From Streptosporangiales bacterium (GTDB lineage Bacteria > Actinomycetota > Actinomycetes > Streptosporangiales > Streptosporangiaceae): a stretch of 59,317 bases of DNA. Location of the stretch: contig WRBL01000001.1 of assembly GCA_009784565.1 (NCBI GenBank), positions 1 to 59,317 of the forward strand, read 5' to 3'. The notes under the pieces are model-generated. The model ran no database searches. It was not told the origin of the DNA and saw nothing but the letters and a program-made list of their open reading frames with translations. The stretch's first letter is position 1, and every line of letters begins with the position of its first letter. Made by a program: the position numbers and the translations under genes. Below are positions 16,902-25,885 of this stretch, piece by piece.

Positions 16902-19673
16902 ATGCCAAGAAGACCAAAGGCGGAGCCTGCGGGTACACGGCCCCGGCTGGCACCTCAGCCGGACGGCTATGCGCGATACATGGACGGGCACGGCGAGCCG
17001 GGACGCAATTACGCGGGAGGAAATCGCGGGCTTTCCGGAACCCGGGAAAGCCCGCGAAGCGCCGGGAATCCCGGCGGCCAGCTCGTCCGCCAGGCTCCGC
17101 CCGGCGACGCCGGGAACGAGCGGGAGCCGGTGGCCCGCCCGGCGAGGCGCGGGCGCCAGCGGTCGATCCGGTCGACCGTCACCATGCTGCTCATCATCCC
17201 GCTGGTCACGCTGACCGGACTGCTGGCGTTCACGTTCACCAAGACGGTTCCCGGGGCGCTCGCCAACCACGCCAACACGGTCACCAACGACGACATCGGC
17301 CGTCCGCTGCAGAACCTGCTCACCGCGCTCAATGCCGAAGAGCTGCAGACCTACACGCTCGGCAACCTGAAAGCGGCCCTGAAGTCGGAGCAGTCGATGT
17401 CGCCGGCGCAGCGGGCCCGGATGGCCGCGTCGATGCCGGCGTCCGAGCTGGCGAGCAAGCAGGCCCGGCTGAAGCAGGCCCAGGGCGAGGCCCGGACGCT
17501 GGCGAAGCAGGTCACCGGGCTGCGCGGCCGGACCGACAGCGCCGTGTCCGCCTACCGGTCCGGCCAGGCGAAGCTGGACGCGTCCGGCATCCTGGCCCCG
17601 CGCACCAGGTCCCTGGTGGCGGGGCTGCTGACCCGGCTGAAGGGCATCCCCGCCCTGCGGGCCGAGGCCGACAGCGGAGCCGCGTCGCCGCTGACGGTGC
17701 TCCAGGGCTACACCGGCGTCATCCGGGCGATCTTCCCCTACATCGGGTCCTCGGCGAACGCGGACGCGTCGATCCCCGTGTTCGGCCAGGCGATGGGCAC
17801 GCTCTACATGGGCGAGGCCCTCACCGACGTCGCGACCGAAGCCGCGCTGGGCGGCGGTGCCCTCGCCAGCGGCGGGACGGTCACCGCGCCGGTCTACCGG
17901 CTGTTCACGCAGACGGTTGACCAGCAGCGAGACCGGGAGCAGACCGCCCTCACCCAGCTGGGCTTCGAGAGGAACTTCGGTGCAGATCCCTACGCCCGGG
18001 CGCTGAACTCCCCGCAGTTCAAGTCGTTCCAGTCGCTGGAGAACCAGGTCATCGCCGCCGGGCCGGGCCAGCGGCTCCCCGTCGGGCAGCAGGTCTGGCA
18101 GCAGCAGGCCACGACGGCGCTCGGCATGCTCCAGCAAGGGGCCACCTCCGAGCGCGAGACGGTCACGAAGAACGCCCAGCATGACAGCGACATGTCGCTG
18201 TACGCGCTGGTCGGGGTCAGCGGTCTGGGCCTGCTCCTGGTGCTGCTCTCGTCGCTGCTCCTGCTGCGGTTCGGCAACCGGACCAGCCGGGAGCTGCGGG
18301 GGCTGCGCGCCGCCGCCCGGTCCCTGGCGTTCCGGCGGCTGCCGGACGTGGTGGGCAGGCTGCGGGCCGGCGAGCACCTCGACACCGGGGCCGAGGCGCC
18401 GCCGCTGGACCTGCGCACCCGGACCCGGGAGGTCACGGAGACCGCGGACGCGTTCTCCGCGGTGCAGCTGACCGCCGTGCAGGCCGCGATCGAGCAGGCG
18501 AGGCTGCGGAACGCGGTCAGCAGCGTCTTCCGCCGCCTGGCCCGCCGGAACCAGGGCCTGCTCCAGCGCCAGCTGAAGATGCTGGATGAGATGGAGCGGG
18601 GCACCCACGACCCCGACGCGCTGGGCCAGCTGTTCCGCCTCGACCACCTGACCACCCGCATGCGCCGTCAGGCGGAGGGCCTCATCATCCTCTCCGGGGC
18701 GCCGCCCGGCCGGGGCTGGCGCCAGCCGGTCCAGGTCGTCGAGGTGCTACGCGGCGCCGTCGGCGAGATCGAGGACTACGTCCGGGTCGACCTGGTGACC
18801 GACTCGCCCGACTACCTGCAGGGAGCGAGCGTCGCCGACGTGACCCACCTGCTGGCGGAGCTGATCGAGAACGCGGTCGCCTACTCGCCGCCGGCCAGCC
18901 GGGTCCAGGTCCGGGGCGGACGGGTGGCCAACGGCTACGTCGTGGAAGTCGAGGACCGGGGCCTGGGGGTCCCCGCCGGGAAGCTGGCGGCGCTGAACCA
19001 GCGGCTGGCCGAGCCGCCGGACTTCGACCTGGCCGACAGTGACCAGCTGGGCCTGTTCGTGGTCAGTCGCCTGGCGGCCCGGCACGGCATCGGAGTGTCG
19101 CTTCATTCCTCCCTTTCCCGTGGGGTCCGGGCGATCGTGCTGCTGCCGCACTCGCTCGTGGTCAGCCCCCAGGAAGCCGCCCAGCTGGCCTCCCAGGAAA
19201 GCGCCGGGGCGCGTGGCGGCGAGCCGTCGGAGAACACGGGCAACATGCACCGCGGCCTCGCGGCCGCCGTCCTCGGCCGGCAGCGGGACCGGGCCGCCTC
19301 GACTCCCTTCCCCGCGGTGAGCGGACCGGTCGCCGACGCGTCCGGCGCCATGACGGCGGCCGACGGGATCCCGAGGGCCGGCGCCTACCTGGACGGCAAC
19401 GGGGAGGACCCGGGGATCCTGCCCCGCCGGGACCGGATGGCCAGCCTGCCGCCCCAGCTACGGCGAGGCGGGCCGGCGGCGGCCCGGAACCCGGCCGTCC
19501 CCCGGCGGCCTTCGGCCCCCAAGTCTCCCGAACAGGCCCGGACGCTGATGTCCAGCATCCAGAACGGCCTGCGGACCGGGCGCAGCGCCGACGGCACCTG
19601 GCCGCCCGGGCCATACGGGTCAAGCCAGCCGGAAGGGCCGGGCGGCAACGGCCCTGACGGCAGGACGCGATGA
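16902..19673 (+). CDS. Conservon CvnA-like membrane sensor kinase (NIT-like domain, HAMP, HATPase)
   Basis: Two TM segments, LARRNQGLLQRQL...LFRLDHLTTRMRRQAEGL, LAELIENA, EDRGLG, LGLFVVSRLA. Confidence 0.92.
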   Translation: MPRRPKAEPAGTRPRLAPQPDGYARYMDGHGEPGRNYAGGNRGLSGTRESPRSAGNPGGQLVRQAPPGDAGNEREPVARPARRGRQRSIRSTVTMLLIIPLVTLTGLLAFTFTKTVPGALANHANTVTNDDIGRPLQNLLTALNAEELQTYTLGNLKAALKSEQSMSPAQRARMAASMPASELASKQARLKQAQGEARTLAKQVTGLRGRTDSAVSAYRSGQAKLDASGILAPRTRSLVAGLLTRLKGIPALRAEADSGAASPLTVLQGYTGVIRAIFPYIGSSANADASIPVFGQAMGTLYMGEALTDVATEAALGGGALASGGTVTAPVYRLFTQTVDQQRDREQTALTQLGFERNFGADPYARALNSPQFKSFQSLENQVIAAGPGQRLPVGQQVWQQQATTALGMLQQGATSERETVTKNAQHDSDMSLYALVGVSGLGLLLVLLSSLLLLRFGNRTSRELRGLRAAARSLAFRRLPDVVGRLRAGEHLDTGAEAPPLDLRTRTREVTETADAFSAVQLTAVQAAIEQARLRNAVSSVFRRLARRNQGLLQRQLKMLDEMERGTHDPDALGQLFRLDHLTTRMRRQAEGLIILSGAPPGRGWRQPVQVVEVLRGAVGEIEDYVRVDLVTDSPDYLQGASVADVTHLLAELIENAVAYSPPASRVQVRGGRVANGYVVEVEDRGLGVPAGKLAALNQRLAEPPDFDLADSDQLGLFVVSRLAARHGIGVSLHSSLSRGVRAIVLLPHSLVVSPQEAAQLASQESAGARGGEPSENTGNMHRGLAAAVLGRQRDRAASTPFPAVSGPVADASGAMTAADGIPRAGAYLDGNGEDPGILPRRDRMASLPPQLRRGGPAAARNPAVPRRPSAPKSPEQARTLMSSIQNGLRTGRSADGTWPPGPYGSSQPEGPGGNGPDGRTR

Positions 19674-20083
19674 GCGGAGGAACAGCGGTGCAGGAACTCG
19701 ACTGGTTGCTGACGAACATGGCCCAGACGGTGGACGGAGTCCAGAGCGCGGTGATCCTGTCCCCGGACGGGCTGGCCCTGGGACGAACCCCGGGACTGGA
19801 GGCGGCCGACGCGGAGCAGCTCGCCGCCCTGGCGGCCGGGGCGGCGAGCCTGGCCCACGGGACCGGGATGAAGTTCGGCTGCGGTGACGTGCAGCAGACG
19901 ATCTTCGAGATGGAGTCGCTGCTGATGTTCATCACGCCGGCGGGCCGGGGCACCTCGGTGGCGCTGCTCGCGGACACGGCCGCCGACCCGGGCCAGGTCG
20001 CCTACGAGCTGTCCGTCCTGGTCAAGAGGGTCGGTGAGCACATGGTGGCGAATCCGAGATTCCCGGTTCCGGACGCGGTGTGA
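19670..20083 (+). CDS. Conservon CvnB roadblock/LC7 protein
   Basis: ELDWLL...VILSPDGL...QLAALAAG...GQVAYEL; ATGA overlap with cvnA. Confidence 0.93.
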   Translation: MSGGTAVQELDWLLTNMAQTVDGVQSAVILSPDGLALGRTPGLEAADAEQLAALAAGAASLAHGTGMKFGCGDVQQTIFEMESLLMFITPAGRGTSVALLADTAADPGQVAYELSVLVKRVGEHMVANPRFPVPDAV

Positions 20084-20097
20084 GGGGGGCGGGGGGC

Positions 20098-20469
20098 ATG
20101 CCACGCGACGACGACTGGATGGAGTGGGATCCGGGTCCGGTCGCGCGTCCCTACATGGTCACCAGCGGCCGGACCCGGCAGCGGACGACGCTCCGTTTCG
20201 ACCTGGTCGACATCGTGGGCCGCAGCCTGCGGCCCGTCCGGGCCGCCGCGCTCCCGCCGGAACGCCGCGCGATCCTGACCATGTGCGAGGCGCCGGTCAC
20301 GGTGGCCGACCTGGCCTCGGAACTGGGCCTGCCGCTCGGGGTCGTCCGGATCGTCCTCGACGACCTCGTGCATGACGGCCTCATCGAGGTCCGGATCCCG
20401 GCCCCGCGCGGCCGGGTCACCGACCAGGGCGTCCTGGAACGCGTCCTGGCCGGCATCAAAGCCCTTTAA
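20098..20469 (+). CDS. Conservon CvnC DUF742 protein
   Basis: RPYMVTSGRTR, LPPERRAIL..C...TVADLA..LGLPLGVVRIVLDDL, LERVLAGIKAL. Confidence 0.93.
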   Translation: MPRDDDWMEWDPGPVARPYMVTSGRTRQRTTLRFDLVDIVGRSLRPVRAAALPPERRAILTMCEAPVTVADLASELGLPLGVVRIVLDDLVHDGLIEVRIPAPRGRVTDQGVLERVLAGIKAL

Positions 20470-21110
20470 AAGGCTTTATGGAGGCTGAAGACCCGGCGCT
20501 CGCGGCCGATCGCTGTTTTCAGGATCCGCTCCCGCCACGGCGTCGTGATGGCGGCCTTGTACGCCTCCTGATCGAATACATGATGGCCGTCCACGTCGTG
20601 GAATGACAGGTATTCCGGGCCGTCGCCCGAGATCTGCCGGTACCGGCGGACCCGGCGCCAGCCGGGAACCGCGAGCAGCATCGGGATGTGCTCCTCGGCG
20701 TACCAGGCGTTCATGTCGTCCACTCCCTCGGGCGGCACCGACATCGACACCAGCAGGAGCGCGGGCGACGCTTCCGGTGACTTGTCCGGCGCCCCGGCCG
20801 GGCGCTCGTCGCCGATCAGCTCATACTCGCGTCGCCGGAGCGTGTCGAGCCGTTTCAGGACCGACTTCTCCCGGTCGCTGTTGTTCGCGTACAGGTCCTT
20901 GTAGGCGGCGGAGTCCAGCGTGCCGGGGGCGATGTCGTAGACCGCGAGCCAGGTCGGGACAGCCCCGTCCGCGGCCCGGTACCGGGCCGCGGAATGGAAC
21001 CCGGGAACGGCGAGCCGGGCGGGCAGGTGCTCGTTGTCGTACCAGTCGTGGAACTCGTCTTCCGGGACGGAACCAGGCTCGGTATACGCGAGAAACAGGC
21101 GATCGGGCAT
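20466..21110 (-). CDS. Two-domain EthD/DUF4286-like dimeric alpha-beta barrel protein
   Basis: Internal duplication FHDWYDNEHLPARLAVPGF / MNAWYAEEHIPMLLAVPGW. Confidence 0.8.
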   Translation of the reverse strand: MPDRLFLAYTEPGSVPEDEFHDWYDNEHLPARLAVPGFHSAARYRAADGAVPTWLAVYDIAPGTLDSAAYKDLYANNSDREKSVLKRLDTLRRREYELIGDERPAGAPDKSPEASPALLLVSMSVPPEGVDDMNAWYAEEHIPMLLAVPGWRRVRRYRQISGDGPEYLSFHDVDGHHVFDQEAYKAAITTPWRERILKTAIGRERRVFSLHKAF

Positions 21111-21143
21111 AAACCGATCCTAAGCACTCTGCCCCCTCTGCGG

Positions 21144-21192
21144 CTATGTTCGCGGAAAGGGCTGTTCCGGCAACCGCAACCGCGAACATAAG
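21144..21192 (+). repeat. Repeat family B, copy 1 (49-bp imperfect palindrome)
   Basis: CTATGTTCGCG...GGCAAC...CGCGAACATAAG; same length and ends as 39949-39997. Confidence 0.75.
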
Positions 21193-21296
21193 CGACGGGG
21201 CGCCAGGCTCCATCCGGGACTCCCGTAACGAAGACAGCTCAGCGGGCCCGGGCGCACCCGGTCCACGCTGAGCTGGTCGTTCGCGCGTGCGTGCCG

Positions 21297-22328
21297 CTAC
21301 GGGCGGTCGCTGGACGCCTTCCAGATGTTGATTCCGGCCTCGACGGCATGCTGGTCGATGGTGGCGGTCTCGGAGTCGGTGAAGGACGCCTTCCCGGCCG
21401 CGGCGAGGTTCTCCTCCAGTTGCTTCACGCTGCTGGCGCCGAGCAGGGCCGAGGTGACCCGCTGGTCGCGCAGCACCCAGGAGACCGCCATCTGCGCCAG
21501 GGACTGACCGCGCGCGGAGGCGATCTCGTTCAGCGCCCGCACGTGGCTGAGGGTCTTCTCGGTGAGCTGGTCCTGGGACAGCGAGCCGTCCCGGCTGGCC
21601 CGGGAACCCTCCGGGATCCCGTTCAGGTACTTGGTCGTGAGCAGGCCCTGCGCGAGCGGGGAGAACGCGATGCAGCCGACGCCCTCCTTCTCCAGGGTGT
21701 CCAGCAGCCCGCCCTCGACCCAGCGGTTCAGCATCGAGTACGACGGCTGGTGGATCAGCAGGGGAGTGCCCAGGTCCCGGAGGATCTTCGCCGCCTCGGC
21801 GGTGCGCTCGGGGGAGTAGGAGGAGATCCCGGCGTACAGGGCCTTGCCCGACCGGACCGCCGCGTCAAGGGCGCCCATCGTCTCCTCCAGCGGCGTGTCC
21901 GGGTCGGCCCGGTGGCTGTAGAAGATGTCGACGTACTCCAGGCCCATCCGGGACAGCGACTGGTCCAGGCTGGCCGTCAGGTACTTGCGGGAGCCCCAGT
22001 TGCCGTACGGGCCGTCCCACATGTCGTAGCCGGCCTTGGTGGAGATGACCAGCTCGTCGCGGTACGGCCGGAAGTCCTCGGCGAAGATCCGGCCGAAGTT
22101 GATCTCGGCGGAGCCGTAGGGCGGCCCGTAGTTATTGGCAAGATCGAAATGGGTGACCCCCAGGTCGAAGGCGCGCCGCAGGATCGCCCGCTGGGTGGAC
22201 AGCGGAGATTCGTCGCCGAAGTTCTGCCAGAGGCCGAGGGAGATCGCGGGCAGCAGCAGCCCGCTCCGGCCCGTCCGGCGGTAGGGCATTTTGTCGTCGT
22301 ACCGGTCTGCGGAAGCGAGGTAGGTCAT
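21297..22328 (-). CDS. Aldo/keto reductase, L-glyceraldehyde-3-phosphate reductase (YghZ/MgrA-like)
   Basis: SLGLWQNFG, HFDLANNYGPPYGSAE, STKAGYDMW.GPYG, FYSHR, IHQPSYSMLNR. Confidence 0.93.
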   Translation of the reverse strand: MTYLASADRYDDKMPYRRTGRSGLLLPAISLGLWQNFGDESPLSTQRAILRRAFDLGVTHFDLANNYGPPYGSAEINFGRIFAEDFRPYRDELVISTKAGYDMWDGPYGNWGSRKYLTASLDQSLSRMGLEYVDIFYSHRADPDTPLEETMGALDAAVRSGKALYAGISSYSPERTAEAAKILRDLGTPLLIHQPSYSMLNRWVEGGLLDTLEKEGVGCIAFSPLAQGLLTTKYLNGIPEGSRASRDGSLSQDQLTEKTLSHVRALNEIASARGQSLAQMAVSWVLRDQRVTSALLGASSVKQLEENLAAAGKASFTDSETATIDQHAVEAGINIWKASSDRP

Positions 22329-22412
22329 GACTTTCATCCTCGCACGCGCCGGCCCGGGGAAACCTCCGGGTTCGTGAGCAGAGCTAACTATCGCGGTGGG
22401 ATGATGCGGACT

Positions 22413-22673
22413 ATGTGTACATACATCACGGAGAAAGTCGCGGTCAGCGGCAGCGCCAAGGGCGCGTCCGGATGGTTCAAGGTGACTGACGGCAGCGTCT
22501 ACTTCGACCACCCTGTGCACGCGCCGGAAGGGCACACGCTCAACATCGACTTCCTGGCGCCGGAGGCCGGGCCGTCGGCCCGGGTCGCCGTCGAACTGAC
22601 CGCCGAGTCCGCCCGCGCGCTGGCCAAGGCGATCGAGTCGGTCCTGGACCAGGTCCCGCCGGGCCTGGCCTGA
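22413..22673 (+). CDS. DUF6295-like small protein
   Basis: MCTYI...GSAKG..GW...YFDHPVHA...LNIDF...GPSARVAVELT. Confidence 0.78.
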   Translation: MCTYITEKVAVSGSAKGASGWFKVTDGSVYFDHPVHAPEGHTLNIDFLAPEAGPSARVAVELTAESARALAKAIESVLDQVPPGLA

Positions 22674-22723
22674 GCGCTTACCGAACCCAATCCGCCGTAC
22701 TCATCCCGCTACAGGAGACAGCA

Positions 22724-23470
22724 GTGTCTGACGCTTTCATCGCTGAGACCATCACGATCACCGGCGACGGGGGGACCGAGATCGAGGCCTACTCGGCCCG
22801 TCCCGCTGACCCGGGCAAGCAGATCGGCGGCGTGGTGGTCATCCACCACATGCCCGGCTACGACCGCGAGTCCAAGGAGCACGTCCTTCGGATCGCGGCC
22901 GAGGGCTACAACGCCGTCATGCCGAACCTGTACCACCGCGAGGCCCCGGGTGCCGACCCCGACGACGCCGCCGCGACCGCCCGGGCCAACGGCGGCGTGC
23001 CCGACGATCGCCTGGTGGGCGACGTCAAGGGCGCCGCCGAGTACCTCAAGGGCCTGCCCACGGCCAACGGCAAGGTCGGCACCATCGGCTACTGCTCCGG
23101 CGGCCGCCAGTCGTTCCTGGCGGGCGTCAGCCTGCAGATCGACGCGGCCGTGGACTGCTACGGCGCGTTCATCGTGGGCGAGGTCCCCGAGGGCCTGCCG
23201 CTGAAGGTCGGCCCGATCGTGGACAAGACCCCGAACCTGTCCTGCCCGCTGCTCGGCCTGTTCGGCGCCGAGGACCAGTACCCGTCGCCCGACCACGTCA
23301 AGGAGCTCGAGGAGGCCCTGAAGGCGGCCGGCAAGACGTATGAGTTCCACAGCTACGAGGGCGCGGGCCACTCGTTCTTCTCGGCCGACCGTCCCGCCTA
23401 CCGGCCCGAGGCGGCCGTGGACGGCTGGAACAAGGTCTTCGAGTTCTACGGAAAATACCTGTCGGCCTAA
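22724..23470 (+). CDS. Dienelactone hydrolase family protein
   Basis: GYCSGG nucleophile, GAEDQYP, YEGAGHSF; SD AGGAG. Confidence 0.93.
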   Translation: MSDAFIAETITITGDGGTEIEAYSARPADPGKQIGGVVVIHHMPGYDRESKEHVLRIAAEGYNAVMPNLYHREAPGADPDDAAATARANGGVPDDRLVGDVKGAAEYLKGLPTANGKVGTIGYCSGGRQSFLAGVSLQIDAAVDCYGAFIVGEVPEGLPLKVGPIVDKTPNLSCPLLGLFGAEDQYPSPDHVKELEEALKAAGKTYEFHSYEGAGHSFFSADRPAYRPEAAVDGWNKVFEFYGKYLSA

Positions 23471-23489
23471 CGGGTCTTCGTTACTCGTA

Positions 23490-23537
23490 CTTATTCGCGG
23501 TTTCTGCTGCGTGAGCAGCGGGGCCGCGAATTTTTTT
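23490..23537 (+). terminator. Intrinsic terminator formed by a repeat-family-B-like hairpin
   Basis: ATTCGCGG...CCGCGAAT stem followed by a T-run; TTCGCG(G/A)TTTCTG shared with the 39949 copy. Confidence 0.75.
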
Positions 23538-23636
23538 GTGATCATGCCCACGGAGGCCCTCGAATGTCAGAGGGGCGTGGCAGCATCCCTTAGGGCACAA
23601 TGGGGAAACGGGACGCGGACATGGGATGTGCTGGGC

Positions 23637-24812
23637 ATGAAGTTTTCGGTGGAACGCGACGCACTCGCGGAAGCGGCGGCCTGGGTGGCGCGGGCGCTGC
23701 CCTCGAGGCCGGTGATCCCGGTACTCGCCGGGCTGCTGCTGCACGCGGAGCCCCCGGCGTCCGGCCAGCCGGGCGCGCTGACCCTGTCCTGCTTCGACTA
23801 TGAGGTGTCGGCCCGGATGCGGATCCCGGCCGAGGTATCCGAGCCCGGGACGGTCCTGGTGCCCGGGCGCCTGCTGGTGGAGATCACCCGGAGCCTCCCG
23901 GCGGGCCGCTCGGTGGACTTCGGCCCCGACCCCGAAGGCCTGTCCATGACCTGCGGGGAGGCGGCCTTCACCCTGGCCACCCTTCCGGCCGGCGAGTACC
24001 CGGAACTGCCGGACCTGCCCCAGCTGGCCGGGACGGCCGACGGCGGGGTACTCGCCGCGGCGATCGGCCAGGTCACCCCCGCCGCCAGCCGGGACGACAC
24101 GCTGCCGATGCTGACCGCGGTCAATCTCGAACTGGCCGGCGGCCGGATGACGCTGGCCGCGACCGACCGCTACCGGATGGCCGTGCGGGACCTGGGGTGG
24201 GAGCCCGCCCCGGGCTGGGACGACTCCAGTGCCCTCTCGGTCCTGGTCCCGGCCCGCATCATGGCCGACGCCGCGCGGATGATGACGGCCTCCGAGCCCG
24301 CCCGGATCTTCCTGCGCCGCGGCGACGACGGCGACGACGGCACGATCGGCTTCGAGGCGGGCGAGCGGCGGCTGACCACGCGCCTGCTGGCCGGGGAGTT
24401 CGTGCGCTACCGGTCGCGGTTCCCGTCGGAGTTCGGCTGCACGGCCGAGCTTCCGGCCGGCGCGTTCGCCGAGGCGGTCCGGCGGGTGGCGCTCGTCGCC
24501 GAGCGCGGGACCCCGGTGCAGCTGTCGTTCGCGCCCGGGCGCGTGACGGTCGTCGCCGCGACCCAGGGCCAGGCGCGGGCCCGGGAGAGCCTGCCCGCCG
24601 ACTTCACCGGGGACGAGCCGGTGATCGCGTTCAACCCGGGATACCTGCTGGACGGCGTCACCGCGGCGGCCGGCCCGGACGCGGAACTGCCCGCCGGAGC
24701 CCGGGTCCGCCTGCGTTTCACCAGCGCCAGCAAGCCCGCGGTCATTACCCAGGCCGCCGCGGACGGCCCGGAGCAGTTCCGCTACCTGGTCGTCCCGCAG
24801 CGCGCCGCCTGA
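23637..24812 (+). CDS. dnaN: DNA polymerase III beta sliding clamp, orphan paralog
   Basis: MKFSVERDALAEAAAWVARALPSRP, FDYEVSA, VLVPGRLL, AASRDDTLPMLT, ATDRYR, IAFNPGYLLDG, YLVVPQR. Confidence 0.93.
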   Translation: MKFSVERDALAEAAAWVARALPSRPVIPVLAGLLLHAEPPASGQPGALTLSCFDYEVSARMRIPAEVSEPGTVLVPGRLLVEITRSLPAGRSVDFGPDPEGLSMTCGEAAFTLATLPAGEYPELPDLPQLAGTADGGVLAAAIGQVTPAASRDDTLPMLTAVNLELAGGRMTLAATDRYRMAVRDLGWEPAPGWDDSSALSVLVPARIMADAARMMTASEPARIFLRRGDDGDDGTIGFEAGERRLTTRLLAGEFVRYRSRFPSEFGCTAELPAGAFAEAVRRVALVAERGTPVQLSFAPGRVTVVAATQGQARARESLPADFTGDEPVIAFNPGYLLDGVTAAAGPDAELPAGARVRLRFTSASKPAVITQAAADGPEQFRYLVVPQRAA

Positions 24813-24822
24813 ACCGGCCGGC

Positions 24823-25254
24823 CTAGTGCCCCGCTGGCCAGGGGCCGGCGGGGGCGTAGGTGCCGTGCCGTGCGAACAGGTACGCGGTGAACAGCCAGAT
24901 CAGCATGGCCAGGATCAGCAGCGACAGGGCGGCGAACCGGCCCGCCCGGTCGGACGGGATCTCTTCGCAGGGCTCGCGGGGCCGCGGCACCGCCAGCTTC
25001 GCGTCCCCGCCGTCATCGGCTTTCCAGCGGGGCCGCGCCGGGCCGGGGAGGTCGGCCATGACCTGCCCGAGCTGCCCCTGGGTCCGGGCGGCGAACACCT
25101 CGCTGAGACGATCGTGGAGTTCGGTGAGATCCAGCCGCCCGGCCACGTAGTGGTCTCCGAGGTCCGCCGCCGCCGCGTCGCGTTCGGCGTCCCCGACGCG
25201 CAGCACGTGCTGTGGCACGGGACCGTACGTCTTCCCGTAGTAGCGCGTCGCCAT
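24823..25254 (-). CDS. DUF1707 (SHOCT-like) membrane protein
   Basis: LRVGDAERD...GRLDLTELHDRL...ARTQGQL...ADLP plus C-terminal TM. Confidence 0.88.
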   Translation of the reverse strand: MATRYYGKTYGPVPQHVLRVGDAERDAAAADLGDHYVAGRLDLTELHDRLSEVFAARTQGQLGQVMADLPGPARPRWKADDGGDAKLAVPRPREPCEEIPSDRAGRFAALSLLILAMLIWLFTAYLFARHGTYAPAGPWPAGH

Positions 25255-25311
25255 GGCACTCCCGGTACTGGCTGGGAATATGGGCCAGTTCCCACCATAA
25301 GTCGCCGCTGG

Positions 25312-25797
25312 CTAGTTGAGGAAGTAGCTGGCCCCGCCGTTCTGGGGGTTGGTGACCAGGGCGAGGACGGTGATGGTGCCGCCGTGGGCGAACCTGAGCT
25401 TGAGGGTGATGTCCTTGCCGTCGCGCATCGGCTTCTCGCCCTTGATCAGCAGGTGATAGCCGTTAGGCACCAGCTGGGTCATGGTCTGCGACGGCACCGG
25501 GATCGAGTGCAGGGTGCGCATCACGACCGGGGTCATGTGCGGGCGCTCCGGGCCGCGCAGGGACACGGTTCCGCCGACGCTCGTGGTCACCGACTCCAGG
25601 GTGTCCGCGGCGCCGTTGTTGCGGATGTCCAGGTACCCGACGGTCTTCTGGCCGGCCGACTTCGGCACCTGAACATACGCGCTGGTCGCGCTGAGCGTCG
25701 GACCGTCATGCGCGGCGGACGCCGAGCAGCCCGCCAGTGCGGCACCCGCGAGCGTGATCGCGGCCGCGCCGCCCAATACCCGTGACAGTTTCCGCAT
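25312..25797 (-). CDS. PCu(A)C-like copper chaperone lipoprotein with degenerate metal motif
   Basis: Lipobox LAGC; GYLDIRNNG.ADTL, LVPNGYHLLI, GKDITLKLRF. Confidence 0.8.
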   Translation of the reverse strand: MRKLSRVLGGAAAITLAGAALAGCSASAAHDGPTLSATSAYVQVPKSAGQKTVGYLDIRNNGAADTLESVTTSVGGTVSLRGPERPHMTPVVMRTLHSIPVPSQTMTQLVPNGYHLLIKGEKPMRDGKDITLKLRFAHGGTITVLALVTNPQNGGASYFLN

Positions 25798-25885
25798 AAA
25801 CCCCAGGTTACCGTCCGCACGCCACCGGCCCGTGCCAGCCCGGGGGCCGGGCACGGGCCGGTGAGAGGGCATCCGGGACGGCTGG

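Noticed and set aside
6478-20469. Prophage or ICE integrated at tRNA-Asn
   Set aside because: No integrase, no att duplication seen, no phage or conjugation genes
23471-23636. oriC next to dnaN
   Set aside because: No DnaA-box cluster and no dnaA, recF or gyrB
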